From: Harriotta raleighana
Lineage: Eukaryota
DNA: 64,000 nt
Direction of reading: 5' to 3'
Assembly (NCBI GenBank): GCA_050575255.1
Contig: JBNZDD010013633.1
Span: 626,792 to 690,791, forward strand
Within the stretch, counting starts at the first letter, position 1; each line of letters opens with the position of its first letter. Below the pieces are notes generated by a model. It was given only the letters and a program-made list of their open reading frames with translations, was not told the DNA's origin and did no database searches. A program made the translations under genes and the position numbers. Shown here piece after piece: positions 1 to 12,809 of the stretch.

Positions 1-369
1 TAGTTGTTGTTGTTTCACACATTACGCATGGGTAAAATAGTTGCCTGTCCCTGATCTAGACTGAAGTCATTTTACCTGCTTGAATTCTAATTCAGGATAA
101 ATTGTTCAAACCCTAAAACAACAACAACTTTGATGTATATAGCACCCTCCACGCCAGATGGCATCTCAGAGAGCTTTTCAATAACGGATCCCAGGCCCGA
201 GACAGGAGAAGGGGGAGAAAGGTGACCAAAGCCGTGGTCAAAGAGAAAGGTCTTCGGCTGAGACCTGAAGCTGGGAAGAGAGGGGAAGAGACGAAGGGAG
301 TGAGATCCAGAGTCTCAGGGCGTAGTGGATGAAAGCACAGCAGCCGATGGTGGAACGGAGGATTCGGGG

Positions 370-2070
370 GACAACAACAACAATAAAATGACACTTGTAT
401 AGTGCATTTCATGTCGGGAGGACGTCCCAAAGCGCTGAACAGTCAGGTCGGGACCCGAGCGGGTGGGAGAGGGGAGGGGTGGAGGGAAGGGGAAGGAGAG
501 TGGGAGTGGGGGAAGAGTTGGGGGGGCGGGGGGGGGTGGGGGAGCCAAAGGTGCGATTGAAGAGGAAGGTCTTGAGACCTGCCTTGAAGGAGGAAAGGGA
601 GGAAGCGAGGTGGAGGGACTGCGGGATGGAGTTCCATAATGTGGGGGCAGAGAGGCTGAAAGCTCAGCCACCGATGGTTGGGCAGTTAGGGCGGTGGACG
701 CAGAGCAGACCTGAGTGCGGGGGAGGCTGATAGGGAGACAGCATGTCAGAGAGATAGGCGGGGGCAAGGCCGTGAGAGGCCTTGAAAGTGAGGATGAGGA
801 TCTTGAATTTGATCCTCTGGGGGATGGGGAACTAGTGGAGACGGGCGAGGGTGGGAGTGATGTGATCACAAAGCCTGGTGTGGGAAAGTATGAGCTGCAC
901 AATTCTGAATGATCTGCAGCCTGTGAAGGGAGGAGTTGGGAAGGCCGATGAGAAGAGAGTTCCCGTAGTGAAGACTGAAGGTGATAAAGGCGTGAATGAG
1001 GGTTTCGACAGCATAGGGGGGGTGAGGTAGGGGCGGAGCCTGGCAATATTGTGAAGTTAGTGGAAGGCGATACCGGGCAGGGAGCGGATATGAGGGAGGA
1101 AGGACAGTTCGGGGTCAAACAAGACGCCCAGATTCCTGACTGGCTTAGAGAGGTGGAGAGAGCAGCCTTGAATGCTGATATTGTCGGCGCCTGAGGTGCG
1201 GAGGTACTGACACGAGCCAATCAGGGGGGCCTCCATCTTGTTGACGATGAGTTGGAGGTAATTGGCCCTCGTCTAGGACTCAATGTCGGTCAGGCACGCA
1301 GTTAGAACGTAGTAGTCCTGGAGTCGATGGAGGAGGCGGAGAGGTGGAGCTGGGTGTCATCCGCATTCATGAGGAAATTTATCCCATGGCTGCGAATGAT
1401 GTCGCCCAGGGGGAGCATATAGAGGGTGAAGAACAGAGGGCCAAGGACAGAGCTCTGGGCAACGGCGCATGTGACTGTGTGGGGGCTGGAGGAAAAGCCA
1501 TTTGAAGATACAAAGTGAAGCCGCTAGGAGAGATAAGACTGGAACCAGTCAAGTACACAGCTTTGAAGGTTGAGGAGGGAGGAGAGGCGGTGGAGGAGGA
1601 TTGTGTGGTCGTCGGTGTCGAAGGCGGTGGATAGGTCGAGGAGGATGAGGAGGCAGAGGGAGACCTGGTCACAGACGGTCAGGATGTCGTTGGTGACCTT
1701 GACCAGAGCAGTTTCCGTGCTGTAGGAAGCTCGGAAACCCGATTGGAGGGGTTCAAGAAGTGAGTGTCTTGAGGAAAGAGCGGAGCTGGGAGGCAACCAC
1801 TCTTTCTGGGACCTTGGAGAGGAAGGAGAGGAGGTTATAGATGGGCCGGTAGCTTGACAGCTGCAATATATCGAGGGAAGGTTTTTTTGGGGGGATGGGG
1901 GTGACAAGGAGGAGGCCAGACCCAGTGGAGCATAGGTAACGGGTGCTGGTTTGAGGAGAGAGGTCGGAGCGGTGGGGCGCAGAGGAGTGGAGGGATTTGA
2001 AAACAAGGATGAGGATCTTGAAATCAATTCTCTCCGGGACAGGAGGTTAGTGAAGTCTGGCAAGGACTGG
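370..2070 (-). mobile_element. L2 (CR1-clade) LINE, 3' part with degraded RT and (TTG)n tail
   Basis: Minus-strand translation has RT motifs [23 protein letters not shown] and [10 protein letters not shown]. The 3' end near 370-440 reads CAGCGCTTTGGGACGTCCTCCCGACATGAAATGCACTATAC...(TTG)n. Frameshifts present. Confidence 0.85.
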
Positions 2071-2449
2071 GGTATTAGGGGAACGAGGTTTTGTTCAGGT
2101 GAGAATGCGGCCGGCAGAGTTTTTAATTAGTTAGACGAGAGAATTGCAATAGTCCACCCGAGAGGTGATAACGGCATGGACCAGTGTCAGCAGCTTTTGG
2201 GGCGAGATTTTGGCGAAGACAGGTGATCCGTCGGAGGTGGAAAAAAGCGGTGCTGGTGAGGGAGCAGATGTGAGGGAGGAAAGACAGTTGGGGGGGTCAA
2301 AACTGACGCCTAGGTTGCGAACAGGTTCGGAGAGTTTTTAGGGGCAGGCCAGGGTAGAGGAGAACCGTGAGAACCGTGCGATTGAAGACATTGACATGAG
2401 TCAAAGAGTATGGCTTCTGACTTGTCAACATTCAGCTGCAGGAAGTCCG

Positions 2450-2675
2450 CGTGTATTTGTGGGCGGAATGTGGCAGCCAATTGCGCACAGCCGTGTCCCA
2501 TAAACAGTCGTGGATTGAAATGACCAATTTTATTATTGTGGTATTTTTGGAGGGATTATTATTAGGCATGTGGAGTAAGGAAACTTACCCATGGTTTCAC
2601 CCTGATCTACCGGGATTCGAACACAGGTCTCAGGCTTGTAAGGCGAGTGCTCTAACCACTAAGCCACAGAAGCTC
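2450..2675 (-). mobile_element. tRNA-derived SINE (partial)
   Basis: Minus strand has A-box GTGGCTTAGTGGTTAGAGC and B-box GTTCGAATCCC, then the body shared with other copies in the window. Confidence 0.8.
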
Positions 2676-2914
2676 GTAGAAGTTTGCTTTGTGACTATGT
2701 GCTGTGTTTATAGACTGTAATCAATATTTATTGCTTTATTGGTAAGTATCATACAATATTCTGTTATTATTTAGTCTAATATTAATATGGTATGTTTAAA
2801 AAAAGTTAATTTTTTTGTGTTGGATTTTCGGCAGCCTGCCACCCACATATCTGGGACATTCAGTTACCCGGCACATGCCAGTTCCCGAGGGTGCCAGAAA
2901 CGCGGGCTTTTATT
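2676..2914. mobile_element. Right end of Tigger-like non-autonomous DNA transposon
   Basis: Closely similar to 29310-29537; ends in ...GGGCTTTTATTG followed by TA. Confidence 0.65.
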
Positions 2915-3739
2915 GTACTTCATGCAGTCCTGGGGGAGCACTGTATTGTCACATGGAGTTAAACCCAGGTCACATATGCTTGTTCATGTGAAGGTTAAAG
3001 ATCCTACAGCGCTATTCGAAAGGAGGGGATTTCTCTTAGCCTATAGACTCCAGATTGTTTTTTTTAAATGTTAATTTCATAGCTGTTTGTGAAACATTTG
3101 CTGTGCACAAACTGGCTACTACATTTGACTATAAATACAATCATTACAATTTGCAGAACTCCAGTGCTTTAACATGATTAAGAATATCAAACACAACGAT
3201 TCAGTTTTTTTTAAAGCATGCATACTGAGCAAGCAAACATCGTCAATACAATGAGGGGTGACCTCCAAATTCATCCGTTCACCAAGTTAAAATTTAAAAA
3301 ATCCATTAGTTTGTTAACAATCTCAAGATAACTTGAAAGTATCAATTCAACATTATATGGATGATCAATTGAGCTAATTTGGGGCATTCAAAATGCAGTA
3401 GATTAGATAGGTCCCACAAGAGCAATAAGAGAACAGCATTTTTCAGGATTTTACATACTGTACTAGTTATGAGGAAACCTGCAAAATGAACAATTCATAA
3501 AACATTAATTAGAAAAGAAATTTAGTACTTATAAATTTTATTCCAAGTTTTCATTTGTAAAACACTTTAAATTGAGGATTTCTTAAAATACAGCACTTAA
3601 AAATGCTGGTTGGGCACCTGATCTGGGGTGGAAGTCAAAGTGGGCAAGTGATGGGAAGGATTCCAAATATGTGTTCAAAGAGATCAGAAGCAGAATTGAT
3701 AAAAGCCGGCTCTTCAATGAGGGTGGGCAGATTTACGGA

Positions 3740-4365
3740 TATAAGAACATAAGTAGGAGCAGGAGTAGGCCATTTGGCCCTTCAAGCCTGCTCCACCATT
3801 CAATCATGGCTTATATTCCATTCTAACCCTAGCTACCTGCCTTGTCCCATATTCCTTAATCCCTCTATGAATGAGAAATCTATCTATCTCAGTCTTGAAT
3901 ATGTTCAAGGACTGAGCATCAAAAGCCCTTTGGGGTAGAGAATTCCATACATTCACTACCCTCTGAGTGAAGAAGTTTTTTTCTTAACTCAGTGCGAAAG
4001 GTGCTGACCCCTAACTTTCAGACTGTGACCCCTGGTTTTAGTTTCTCCAACCAGGGGAAACAATCTTCCACTATCTACTTTCTCGTGCCCCTTAATAATC
4101 TTCTAGGTTTCTATAAAATCCCTTCTAATTCTTCTATATTCCAGAGGATATAGGCTCAAATTAATCAACCTATCATCATACCTCATCCCACTCATTCCAG
4201 CTACTCACCTAGTAAACCTATGCTGACCTCCCTCCAAGGCAAGTACATCCTTCCTTAAATAAGGAGACCAAAACTGCACACAGTATTCCAGTTGCAGTCT
4301 CACCAGGGCGCTATACGGCAGCAAGACTTCCCTACTCTTATTCTCTAAACCTTTCATAATGAAGC
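3740..4365 (-). mobile_element. CR1 LINE 3' fragment
   Basis: Minus-strand peptide YSALVRLQLEYCVQFWSPYLRKDVLALE is typical of the CR1 ORF2 C-terminus; CR1-type 3' tail near 3740-3800. Confidence 0.85.
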
Positions 4366-4469
4366 AAAGAAGAAGGAGCAGTTGAGTTGGTAGAGTTGAA
4401 GGTGGTCGCAAACATAATAATAAATAAGAGGGGAAAGAGGTACTTGAAGCCAAGAATCAAGATTTTTTA

Positions 4470-4651
4470 ACAAAAACACGATATACTACAACTGCTGGAA
4501 ATCTGAAACAAAACAGAAATCGCCAGGAACACTCATCAGGTCAGGCAGCATTTATGGAGAAAGGAAAGTGAGTCAACGTTTCAGGTCCATGATCTTTCGC
4601 CAGAACTCCTTCTGATGGAGGGTCCTGGACCCGAAACGTTGACTCACTTTC
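4470..4651. repeat. Penelope-type repeat ending in a ~42-bp-arm palindrome with degenerate hammerhead-like motifs
   Basis: Arms 4564-4605 and 4610-4651 are inverted. The right arm contains CTGATGG-A-GGGTC-CTG-GACCC-GAAACGTT. Confidence 0.6.
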
Positions 4652-5330
4652 GTTTAATCAACATCTTTAATTTGATCTGCAGATGTGTAAGTAGTCAAAG
4701 AAGCCAAGGGTTTAGAGAACTTTGCAAATATCTTTATAAGGCAAGTTGAAGTAGAAGCTGGGAGAGAACCAGTGGTGGTTGTGGGGAATGAAGCATTCGA
4801 GAGTTGGCAGACTCGCACAAAACTAAAATTTAAGATGTGTGTCTCTCTCGCTCTTCTACTCCATTGCACCCCCACCATAAAAAAGTAGATATGTCCAGTA
4901 TACCCACAGATAAACCACCAATTCTCCATTGATGTTTTAAACAAAAACTAGAAAGGCATCTGATTACAAATGGGAATTCATATGTACCAGGATAAGTACA
5001 CATCAACTTTTATCATATTCTGCATGGAACGTGATATTTTATGAACAGCTGGGATGTAGAAATGTCAATCAGAGAAAGACAGCTATTTTTAAAGCAAAGC
5101 TATGCCTTGCCTATCTACAGTTTCTGCAGCATGCATTTTAGAAAATTGGAAGCTTTAAGTCTACGTTTTATCCATTTGGGTTAAAAGTAAGTCTTCCATT
5201 AAATTTTGGCTAGTAACTCTCACTCTGCCCTGCCTTTCACTTCATGGTGGTTTGCGTAACATTGCTGTATTCAAATTGGCTGCCACGTTCTCCCACAAAA
5301 CACAATCACCCAATATTACAATACTATATA

Positions 5331-6389
5331 CTGTTAACCCTCATCGATCGCGGGCATTATGTTCCTGAAAAACTGCGCACTCAACGAAATCGCGTTGGAG
5401 AAGCTTAAGAAGTAATGGGAAAAGAGGGGTTAGGGGAATCCCTAAGGGGTCAGGGGTACTTGCAGGCTAACCACCTCAAGCCTCCAAGCACATCCGATGC
5501 AAGGTACCCACTGAGGCGGGCTATACCTGGCTGGTCCGCTCCTCGCTCCCCCCGCCTCTCCCTACTCTTGTTGCTCCGCCCCCCACTCTTCCTGCTCTCG
5601 TCTCTCCTACCACCCGGGAAGTGAGCAAATCAGGGCAGCCCGGGAGGGAGGCAGAGAGAAATCGGGGAGAGCAGCAGGTGGGAGGGAGCAGAGAGCTGCT
5701 CGGAGGCAGGGGGGACTCGGGGAGGGTGGGAGGGGGGCATAAAGCCGCTCAGGGGCGGGCGGGACTCGGGGTCGGGCAGGGGGCAGAGAGCCACTCGGGG
5801 GAGGGAGGGTGGATTCGGGTAGGTGGGGGGCAGTGAGCCAATCGGGGGCGGGGGGACTCGCGGAAGTGGGGGGGCAGAGAACCTGGGGCGCACACGGGGC
5901 AGAGGGCTGCAGTGTTCGGGAGACGCAAAAAGGTTACAGTGGCTTTGTTATCGCTTTATTGCTATAATAAAGTGATAACAAAGCAGCAAAGCAATAAAAA
6001 AAGCAATAAAACAGGGTAGATTAGGCTACATTACTGCAGGATCCTGTCTCTCTGTCTCTTATGTTTACCATGCAACGCAATAGGATTCTCTGAGGCCGAA
6101 GCATTATTGTATTTACCCAGGAATGCATTGTGCACGGGGCCAGCCAGCCTCGGAATAATCGGCTTTAGGCGGGAACTGCCGGCCTCGTCAAAAGTGCGCA
6201 CGCGTGCAGGACCAGCCAGCCTCGGAATTATCGGGAGCTAGCGGCGTCTTTACCCGCGCACATGTGCACGGGGGCCAGGTGGAGGCATACACAAGTTTTA
6301 CTCGTGCTGCATAAAAAAGTGATGCTTTTGTTTTGTCACGCATACTTGAATTCGTAATCGATAAAGTCGCCTTCGACGAGGGTTAACTG
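5331..6389. mobile_element. Tc1/mariner (Tigger-like) non-autonomous DNA transposon
   Basis: Terminal inverted repeats CTGTTAACCCTCATCGA / TCGACGAGGGTTAACTG, TA on both flanks, no transposase ORF. Confidence 0.75.
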
Positions 6390-8802
6390 TATAATGTGAG
6401 GTGCTTTGAGATGTGACATGAAAGATGCCAAACCAAATGTAAGGATTCCCATACCCTCCCGCCCCGCAAACAACAATTCTCTGATCCATCACATCTTATT
6501 TACCAACTTTAGCATGTCAATCCACCCAATGATAAATTTATTGCCAATTAATATTAAACATCATACAAAAGCAGAAGTTTCAGTAGCCTTGAGCCTTGTA
6601 TTACTACAATGGAATGCTGACAGCACAACAAACCAATACGACACACAGGTTGTACAGTTGACTACGTCCCCAAAGACTGAGAATCAACTTGATTCCTCCC
6701 AACTACAAAAGCAGGACCTGGAAATGAAGTTCCTAAACAACTGGACAAAATCCCACTGTAAATGCAAATCAGAAAAACATTCAATTGTCAAGAAAAAGAA
6801 ATAACCAGAGTAATCCAACCAGTCAACGAGTTCACAAATGCAGAGTTGGCCAATTCTTTTCCATTGAGGCTCTGAAGAGGGACGTCCTCCTGACGTAAAT
6901 GGCGCTATACAAGTGTAATTTAGTTGTTGTTGAAGAGGGCTGAAAGCACTCTAATACTCAACCATTCTAACTGTACCCTTGTGTACAGCACCTCGGGACA
7001 TCCTACCCACGTGAAATATAATGTTACAAATGTAATGTTGTTGTTCTAGTATTCAAGCCCCCCACACTCGTATCCTGATACTGACTCTTCCTTGGGATGT
7101 CCTCCCAACATGTCCTCCTTTACAATATTGTTGTATATGTCTAACACAAATGGATATTCTGCACAGCACTGGAAAATAGTGCAATACAAAACATATTGTG
7201 CCCACACAAATATATTGAATAGTATTAATTCCATTACTTTTTCCACAGATTTCACACACTGGACAGACATGTGCACCATCTGATGTCAAATCTCTAAAAT
7301 GTCAATTATATATTTGCTTATGTTTACTTATTTGGCAATCTTTAATTTAAAGAAAAACTGTTCATGAAGCCAAATACTGGAAACTACACAATTATTTATT
7401 CAAGGGTTATGAAACTTTAAAAACATAATTAAAAAAACAAATAAACTATTTCAAACCCCCAAAGTCTTATTTTGCTTTGAATTTCAAAAATGTAAACCCT
7501 ATACATTAAATTGGCTAATTTAAACTTTAATAAAACACATAATTAAACAAACTACAAAGACAATTGTCAGGTACTCCTCTTATTTAATCATAAGGCAAAT
7601 ATTTTGACTTTCAAAGAACAAATCATATTTTAATTTAAGGAAGACCACTTGGGAATAAAAAACAATATGCCATCGTTCTTTTTATATAACAAGCTTCGGG
7701 AAAATGTAAGAGCATTCATCTAATCACTACACATGAGGATTTTTGACACAAACCACCTTACTTCATCAAAAAAAATCAAACGGGGATTTTGTTCATTACA
7801 GAAGGTACATTACAGAACTTTTGAATATGTAACTCGGTGTTTTTCTCGATAATGATTTTTTCTCCCTGCCATTCCAACAAAATACTGTATTTAACTTAAT
7901 TAAATTGTGCCACTGCATTGTATCACTGAATCTTAAAAAATATTCACAAAAACTTCAGAGAACTTTCCACCTTACACATACTGCAACATAATCTTCTCAC
8001 CACCACCTTTCCTCCTTCACTGATCGTCCTGCCTGTTTAACACCAAAAACTCTTCCCTGGATATCTTTATATATATATATATATATATATAGTGTATACG
8101 TGTGCAATTACACCTCGACTAAGAAACAAAACTTCGATAACAATTGTGATAGTGTAAAAAAAACGCACGAAACAAGCTTCCATGAGGGAAACTCTCAATG
8201 CACCAAAGGGAAACTCTCAAATCACGCAGCAACCCGCTCCACCATGTGCAGATTGACCCCCTCCCACCCCACACACATCACCTTAATAAAACCTTCACCC
8301 AATTTGTCTAAAAACAGGCATCATTATTGTTATTCGTAGTGAAATACCTTTCGATTGAGATCCACACCTCAGCTACACACGGAACCAAATACATAAACAT
8401 GAAAAAAACAAGGAAGGGAAAGAGTTTGCTGGAATTAAACAGGCCGGACAATCAGTGAGGAAGGAAGGTTGGGGGGAGAAGAAGAAAAAAAACAGAATGC
8501 TTTTACTTTGAAATCTTCAAGTTGAATAATAATAACCTTCAGCCTCCTTTCCCCATATAACGCGGTATCAATACCCTGGGGGATGGGGAGACGAGACAAA
8601 CGTGGAAAACTCCAGACATTTTAAACAAAACGTGTGAAGAAATATGGGGGGGGGGGGGGAGAGGAGGAGGAAGGAATCTATGTGACTGTAAAGTGTAAGA
8701 AGGCCCGAAACTGCAGCCACAACTTACAAAGTATAAGTCGGGGAATGAGGGGCCGGGGGATAGATTTACTGCAAGGCGACGGCGGTCATGGGCTACACTT
8801 AC

Positions 8803-8810
8803 CCTTTCAT
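8803..8810 (-). CDS. NAA50: N-alpha-acetyltransferase 50, first coding exon (ATG AAA GG); rest of gene lies left of the window
   Basis: Minus strand GGCAGCGCC-ATGAAAGG|GTAAGT: good Kozak context, 8 coding nt (MKG), perfect donor, within a CpG island head-to-head with ATP6V1A as in other vertebrates. Identity rests largely on synteny. Confidence 0.75.
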
Positions 8811-9437
8811 GGCGCTGCCTGTGGTGTCTGTTCGTCTGTCTCTCTGTCGCCCGGCTCGTTATATCTGCTTTAGAGCAGTGGCGGTGGTGGATCAGGAGCG
8901 CTACCAGCCTCCCTCGCTCGTTCCCTCACTCACTACCACATGCCACTCGCCGCTGCCGCTCCTCTTCCTGCCGCCGCCGCTGCCGCGCACCTTTCACCTC
9001 CGACCTAACAACACCGCCCGCCCCCCAAGACAATCAATAACACTTAACGTGGCGGACACACGGTACCGTAAAAGACTGCCGACCCACCAACCGTCGACCC
9101 CACCAATCATACCCGGGTGGGGCCGCCCTGGTAATTGCAATAATAAAATCGATCCTCCCTCCCAACACCCTCCCTCCCAAAGGGGGGGGATAAGCTTTTT
9201 TAAAAAAAATTAAAAGGAAAACGACCCTTTGACCTTTGTGTGTTAATGAGAAAGTAGACTGACTCTTTCTCGAGGGCGGAGTGTGTTTTCTCCGTTGAGT
9301 TTCTATGTGTTGCGTCTTATTTTCTGAAGACAAATAACAATATAATAAAATTGTGGTTATAATAATTGAGGAGTTTTTGTTAAAAACCCGCTGAGCCTCT
9401 CTGGATGTTCCTCGTTTACAGACCGACCGACCGCACG

Positions 9438-9447
9438 GTCACGTGAC
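9438..9447. promoter_or_regulatory. CLEAR element (TFEB/TFE3/MITF-type E-box) GTCACGTGAC
   Basis: Exact 10-bp palindromic CLEAR consensus upstream of a V-ATPase subunit gene. Confidence 0.7.
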
Positions 9448-9699
9448 AGCGTTTTTTTTAAAAAAACGGTCAAAGTTAACAAAATGTATTAATTGAAGAG
9501 AAAAAAAAGGGGTTTCCCACCCCTCCTCACATTATACTACATCAATCTCCTCCCTCCATTAAAAAAAACCAATGCATGTGTTTTAATTACCGTTAAACGT
9601 GGATGCGTGTTTTGATAGATTAAATTGAATTAAATTGAACGGGATCAGGTGACCGACGTCACCAACGCAAGGGGGCGCAGCCTCCGCCTTGCAGGGCGC

Positions 9700-9707
9700 T
9701 GACGTCA
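9700..9707. promoter_or_regulatory. Full CRE (CREB/ATF) site TGACGTCA
   Basis: Exact palindrome; a second GACGTCA core lies at 9655-9661. Confidence 0.55.
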
Positions 9708-9899
9708 CGGGGGCAGTTCACGCGCGCGAACAAAAACTACGTTTTTTAAAATAAAATTACTATTATGATGAATAATTTCCATTTCTCTTTGGATTTGAGC
9801 TCCGGCAACGCCCGCAAATTATAAAACTGTTTCTCTGACTGAAAATTCCCCGTCTCCCCACTACGGACTCCTAAACTCCTCCTCCTCCGCTCCTGGAAG

Positions 9900-10009
9900 G
9901 TGCGCTTCCCAGGGTGCTTTGCGCAGCAGTGGTCAGCTGATCGGAGTCGAGAAACCGGGGACGCGGTGGTGGCGACGACTGTTCCAGAAGGTCTCGGTGT
10001 TTTCTCTCG
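9900..10009 (+). other. ATP6V1A: ATP6V1A non-coding exon 1 (start approximate)
   Basis: GC-rich segment ending in TCG|GTGAGT donor at 10010. The next exon begins only 10 nt before the ATG, which implies an upstream UTR exon. Confidence 0.6.
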
Positions 10010-12809
10010 GTGAGTGGCCGCTTCCCACACCCATCGCTGATACCTGTAGACAGAGGGGAGGGGAAGATGGAGAGATTGAGGTAGACGGGTACGGGCTATG
10101 GTGGCACCCGTGATGCTTCTCCTCCTCCCTCCCCACGGCGCTCGCTGTCAGTCCGGCCTGGGAGGTGATGAGGAGAGTGTCTGTAACTAATAGGTATGGG
10201 GTGGCAGATGACGGCGGCTCCTCCAGTTGCCAGGCGAGTGGTGGGGGGGAGGAGGGAGGAGGAGAGAGTGGAGCAAAAAAATAAGGAAAACGCGCACCCA
10301 CCGTTGCCACGGAGACGTTCCTGACCCTGCAGTCGTTTGCTTGCAACGATCTCGTTTCTGTCGGATGATCAGCACATCAGGGGCAGATGAATTGACAAAA
10401 TACACGTCTCCAATTGAACTTACCCGACCGTTAGCATGCTACATTGATCGCTAAAGGAGGGTGCGATGCAAGAGTCTAACGATGACTTGCACCAACCCTG
10501 CCTGGGAAGTGAAACCAGGTTTTGCAATCGCCGCAGAAAGTGTTTGTGTGGAAAAATAGCCAAACGATTCCCGTATTAGTTACGTTTTTTATATATATAT
10601 ATATATATATATCTGACATCGCAGATATTTTTCAAGCGGAAATCGATCCTGAAGTGGTATTCTATATAACACATATTCGATCTACACGAAATATCAAGGT
10701 GAGTGTTTTTGCCTTATTCACAGGCTGGTTGAAAATCATTGTATTCTCTTGACCACCTCTAGTATTCGAACATCTCTACGATTCATTTGCACATTAATCT
10801 CCAAGATGCAAGTGAATTATGGAAATGTAGCTTTTTGCACATTTCAAGGTGCTTTCTCTAGTCAAGACAGCTACGTTTGGACTATTGTATACAGTATTGT
10901 CTACATATAAATGACGAACATTTTGAGCAAGAATGCAAATAGATTTTTTTCAACCTTGGCGTCACCAACCATATGTACGATTGCAGTGCACATTTCAAGT
11001 GATCTTACTCGGTGCTTTTGGACGAACCTTAAATAGTTTATTTGTGACATGGTTGGCAGAGTTATTACAGAAAGCCAGTTAAGATACCTCCAAGGTGACC
11101 TGCTGGGCACCAGAATGTCTGAATCATCATTCCGCAGGCAGTAGATAGGAGTTTGAGGCAGGGTGGGTCCATATACTCCAGGGCTAGCTAGTCTTATCAG
11201 ATGGATTTAAGAGCCAAAAGTCTCCCCCACTTGACTCCTTTTAAACCTGCAAGCGAAGTCAGAACAGGTAGGGCAATCCTAGCTGGGAATAATGGGAAGA
11301 TTATTGGATGATGCTCTCAATGGCAAACTAAATGATTTCAGCTGGTTGAGCTCCAGCAAGTACTGAAAAAATTATACTTGTATCCTAAATCCAAGGCTCT
11401 TGTCAACCTGCAGCTATTTTTCCAGAATTTGATAAGCCGTGTCTCCAGGGAAAGAACATTTCTGTATGCAGATAGTCTGCATATATGGAACTCAGTATGG
11501 TTTGGATATTCATAAGCATGGTAATGGCCTTCTCCATGTTGGAAAGATGCCGAATAACTGTTTTACATAATTTGTAACACCTAATTGTTTAGCCTGAAGA
11601 AGGGATAAAACAACAACAGGTGATTTGATAGCCGTTTTTTGTTTCAACCATTGCTTCACAAAGGCAAGATATTAAGAATTTAAATTTGTGTCAATAACTC
11701 AAAGCTTCTCATTCAGAATCCCTTCTTGGGACTGAAGCAGAATAGCCAGCCAACTGATTCAATTTCAGGATTTTATATTGGGCTGTAGATAGACTACAAG
11801 GGAGTGCTAAAAGGCAGTTTAGGAGCTAGAAGCATCTTATGCACATTTAATTGTTTGGAAAAAAAAGGCTTTATAAGAATCTTCTTGCATACATTTGTTC
11901 AATGTTGTAAGGCAGCTTTGGTATTTTAGCATTTCAGTTCCCCATGCCCATTAATCTGGAACTAATCTATTTGTCTTGGTGTAGCAATCATGTGTCAGTT
12001 TTAAACACTTCTCCTTTGGCACCATCTATCAACATTTTGCTCTCACTGAATTAACAAAATGTGCACCTTAATGCCGATTTTTTTAGATTTAAAATGAAGT
12101 ATTTAGTGCCCTCTTATTTCAAACTCTGTTTCTACTAATATAAAGACTCCGAATGACTGAATGTGTATGTTTTTGTAATCATATTAAACAAAATAATTCA
12201 CTGAATTTGAAGAGTTGTGACAATTTTGTAGGTAGCATTAAGCGCCTGGAGGAATTTCTTCATCTAAACTAATTTTGTGATCGTGTGATTAGTGCTGCTG
12301 TGAATGCCTATATTTGGTGCACATTATTTTCTCTCCAAAATTATTGCATTGATCAAATTTAGATGGTTAATGCAATACCAAAAAATCTTGTTTTGTGAAA
12401 TATTCAGTTGAGACTAATGAGCTCCGTATTTCAATGGACCAGTCAGTTCAATGTTATCAAAACAAAGTTGTATTATGTGTCAAAATAGTTTGTGTCTAAA
12501 CAATTCTGCAGGACAAAGTTGTCTATACTAAATATTTTAGCCACACTGGCTTGAATAATAAATATCTTAGATTGAAAACTCTCTTGGCCCCCTCACCTCC
12601 TGAACTGCCTCTTACTCCCGTAAATCCCCAGGTACACCAGTCTTCTCCGAACCCTCAAGACATAAGTGCAAACTGCCGAGCGCACCTAGACCAAATCCAA
12701 ACTAACTGTCCATCGACAGATTTAGCTGGATCACAACAACAACAAAATTGCATTTATAGAGTGCGTTTCACGTCAGGAGGACGTCCCAAGGCACTGAGCT
12801 CACACTGAG

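Larger units (their letters stand above)
8700..10450. promoter_or_regulatory. CpG island / bidirectional promoter of NAA50 and ATP6V1A
   Basis: High CpG density relative to flanks; divergent first exons at both edges. Confidence 0.8.

Noticed and set aside
315-2063. Long ORFs of 301 aa and 179 aa on the minus strand
   Set aside because: They are frames of a decayed L2 LINE, not host genes.
8067-8091. Microsatellites: (TA)n here and at ~10590, (TG)n at ~43087, (CAATAT)n at ~49555
   Set aside because: Ordinary simple repeats.
1-8796. Search for NAA50 exon 2 on the minus strand
   Set aside because: Not found by eye; presumed to lie left of the window, so no further NAA50 exons are called.
8788-10454. 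Several 64-141 aa ORFs across the CpG island
   Set aside because: GC-rich promoter/UTR sequence is poor in stop codons, and the peptides show no recognisable protein features.
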